This document shows positions 63,144 through 64,000 of a DNA stretch of 64,000 nucleotides, in pieces. The notes beneath the pieces were generated by a model, which did no database searches, had not been told where the DNA came from, and worked only from the letters and a program-made list of their open reading frames with translations. How positions within the stretch are numbered: position 1 is the first letter of the stretch; the number at the start of each line of letters is the position of its first letter. The position numbers were made by a program, and so were the translations under genes. Where the stretch lies: IMG/VR virus record IMGVR_UViG_3300001782_000005, positions 1 through 64,000 of that record; one strand, 5' to 3'.

Positions 63144-64000
63144 TCACCTCCCCTCTTCTCTCACCAGACCTACATTTTCCATAAGTTCACTTATTTCACT
63201 ATAAAGTTGACGGTTTGATGTATGTAACAAAGTTAGACGGTGAGTAAAATACATTAGTGAACCAGAAGGAAGTTTCTCTATAATATCTCGATGTCTCCCT
63301 ATTCTGGTTTTACACTTATCTATAGCATTAGTTATAGACTCTAAATCTTTATCAATTATTTTGTGAGTATGTTGACGGCGAGAACATGAAGTACAAAGTT
63401 TTTCTCTAAAATCCACTATTGGTTGTGATTTACAATCTATACATATACAACTCGCACAATATGGAGAATCTGCTCCTTTTGGATTTCTCTTACAGTTTAT
63501 ACAAGCACAACCGCCACATATAATATTTTCTTGTGCAACTCGTGATGTATTACAAACTGGACATAGAAAAATCTCAACCACTTCCTCTTCTCTTCTCTCA
63601 GCCTCTGCTTCTTGTTCAGTTACCTGCTCCTCAGAAGTTTCAATTACTTCTTCACTTACCTCTTCACCCTCACTCTTATCTTCCTCTTCAGTATCTTCAT
63701 CCTGCTCAACAATCGCTTGTTCATCTTCTACAACCTGTGTCATATCTTGAGTTTGTGATATATCATGATCTGTAGATTCTTTATCTCTAATAGTCTCTAC
63801 ATATTGTAGAAGAATTATATCACGAAAGGAACTATACTCCATCGTTGGAACTTTTTCCCTAATTAAATAACTAATCAGGTCTTCTAAAACTCCAGAAGGA
63901 ACATTAAGAGAGTCTACTGCATTTATAAAATACTCAATATGACTCATTGTTGGAAGTCTAGACAGAGTCTTTATATCAAAACCTTCCTCTTCCCGCCTAA
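63144..64000 (-). CDS. Acidic / Cys-rich hypothetical protein, 5'-truncated by the window
   Basis: Frame open from the window end (RREEEGFDIKTLSRLPTMSHIE...); Glu-rich linker and tandem CxxC repeats. Confidence 0.6.
   Translation of the reverse strand, partial: RREEEGFDIKTLSRLPTMSHIEYFINAVDSLNVPSGVLEDLISYLIREKVPTMEYSSFRDIILLQYVETIRDKESTDHDISQTQDMTQVVEDEQAIVEQDEDTEEEDKSEGEEVSEEVIETSEEQVTEQEAEAERREEEVVEIFLCPVCNTSRVAQENIICGGCACINCKRNPKGADSPYCASCICIDCKSQPIVDFREKLCTSCSRRQHTHKIIDKDLESITNAIDKCKTRIGRHRDIIEKLPSGSLMYFTHRLTLLHTSNRQLYSEISELMENVGLVREEGR

Noticed and set aside
1-64000. Stop-codon reassignment, tRNA/rRNA genes, integrase or transposase
   Set aside because: Standard-code ORFs tile the window densely with full-length conserved genes; no cloverleaf, rRNA or recombinase/transposase motifs were seen.

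Overview
A 64-kb piece of an AT-rich, large contractile-tailed (myovirus, jumbo-phage-like) genome read in the standard genetic code, with bacterial Shine-Dalgarno signals. OmpA, PilZ and lipoprotein genes point to a Gram-negative host (inference). Both window ends cut through genes. (1) 1-27273 (+): a truncated glycosyltransferase carrying the polypeptide GalNAc-transferase motifs (DxH, xGGEN), then five giant modular proteins (1287, 2781, 992, 1564, 1404 aa). They consist of lectin-like beta-sandwich, SPRY, LamG/DUF2341, PPC and beta-propeller modules strung on mucin-like Thr-rich linkers of up to about 164 aa. A Kce + GNAT cassette sits between the first two. (2) 27368-31106 (+): a conserved phage gene bracketed by a 16-bp inverted repeat, a tail/baseplate protein and the tail sheath. 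(3) 31177-43632 (mostly -): accessory region with lipoproteins, two PilZ proteins, an Hc1-like protein, an OmpA-domain protein, and a radical SAM enzyme plus five proteins sharing an N-terminal MKxKxDFVTNSSS motif. (4) 43899-53014 (+) and 53011-61423 (mostly -): tail tube, baseplate, neck, tape-measure-like and terminase genes. Best candidates for an undescribed system: a phage-encoded mucin-type O-glycosylation system acting on giant virion appendage proteins (with apparently split beta-sandwich domains), and the radical SAM / FVTNSSS module. All family assignments come from motif recognition by eye; no searches were run.
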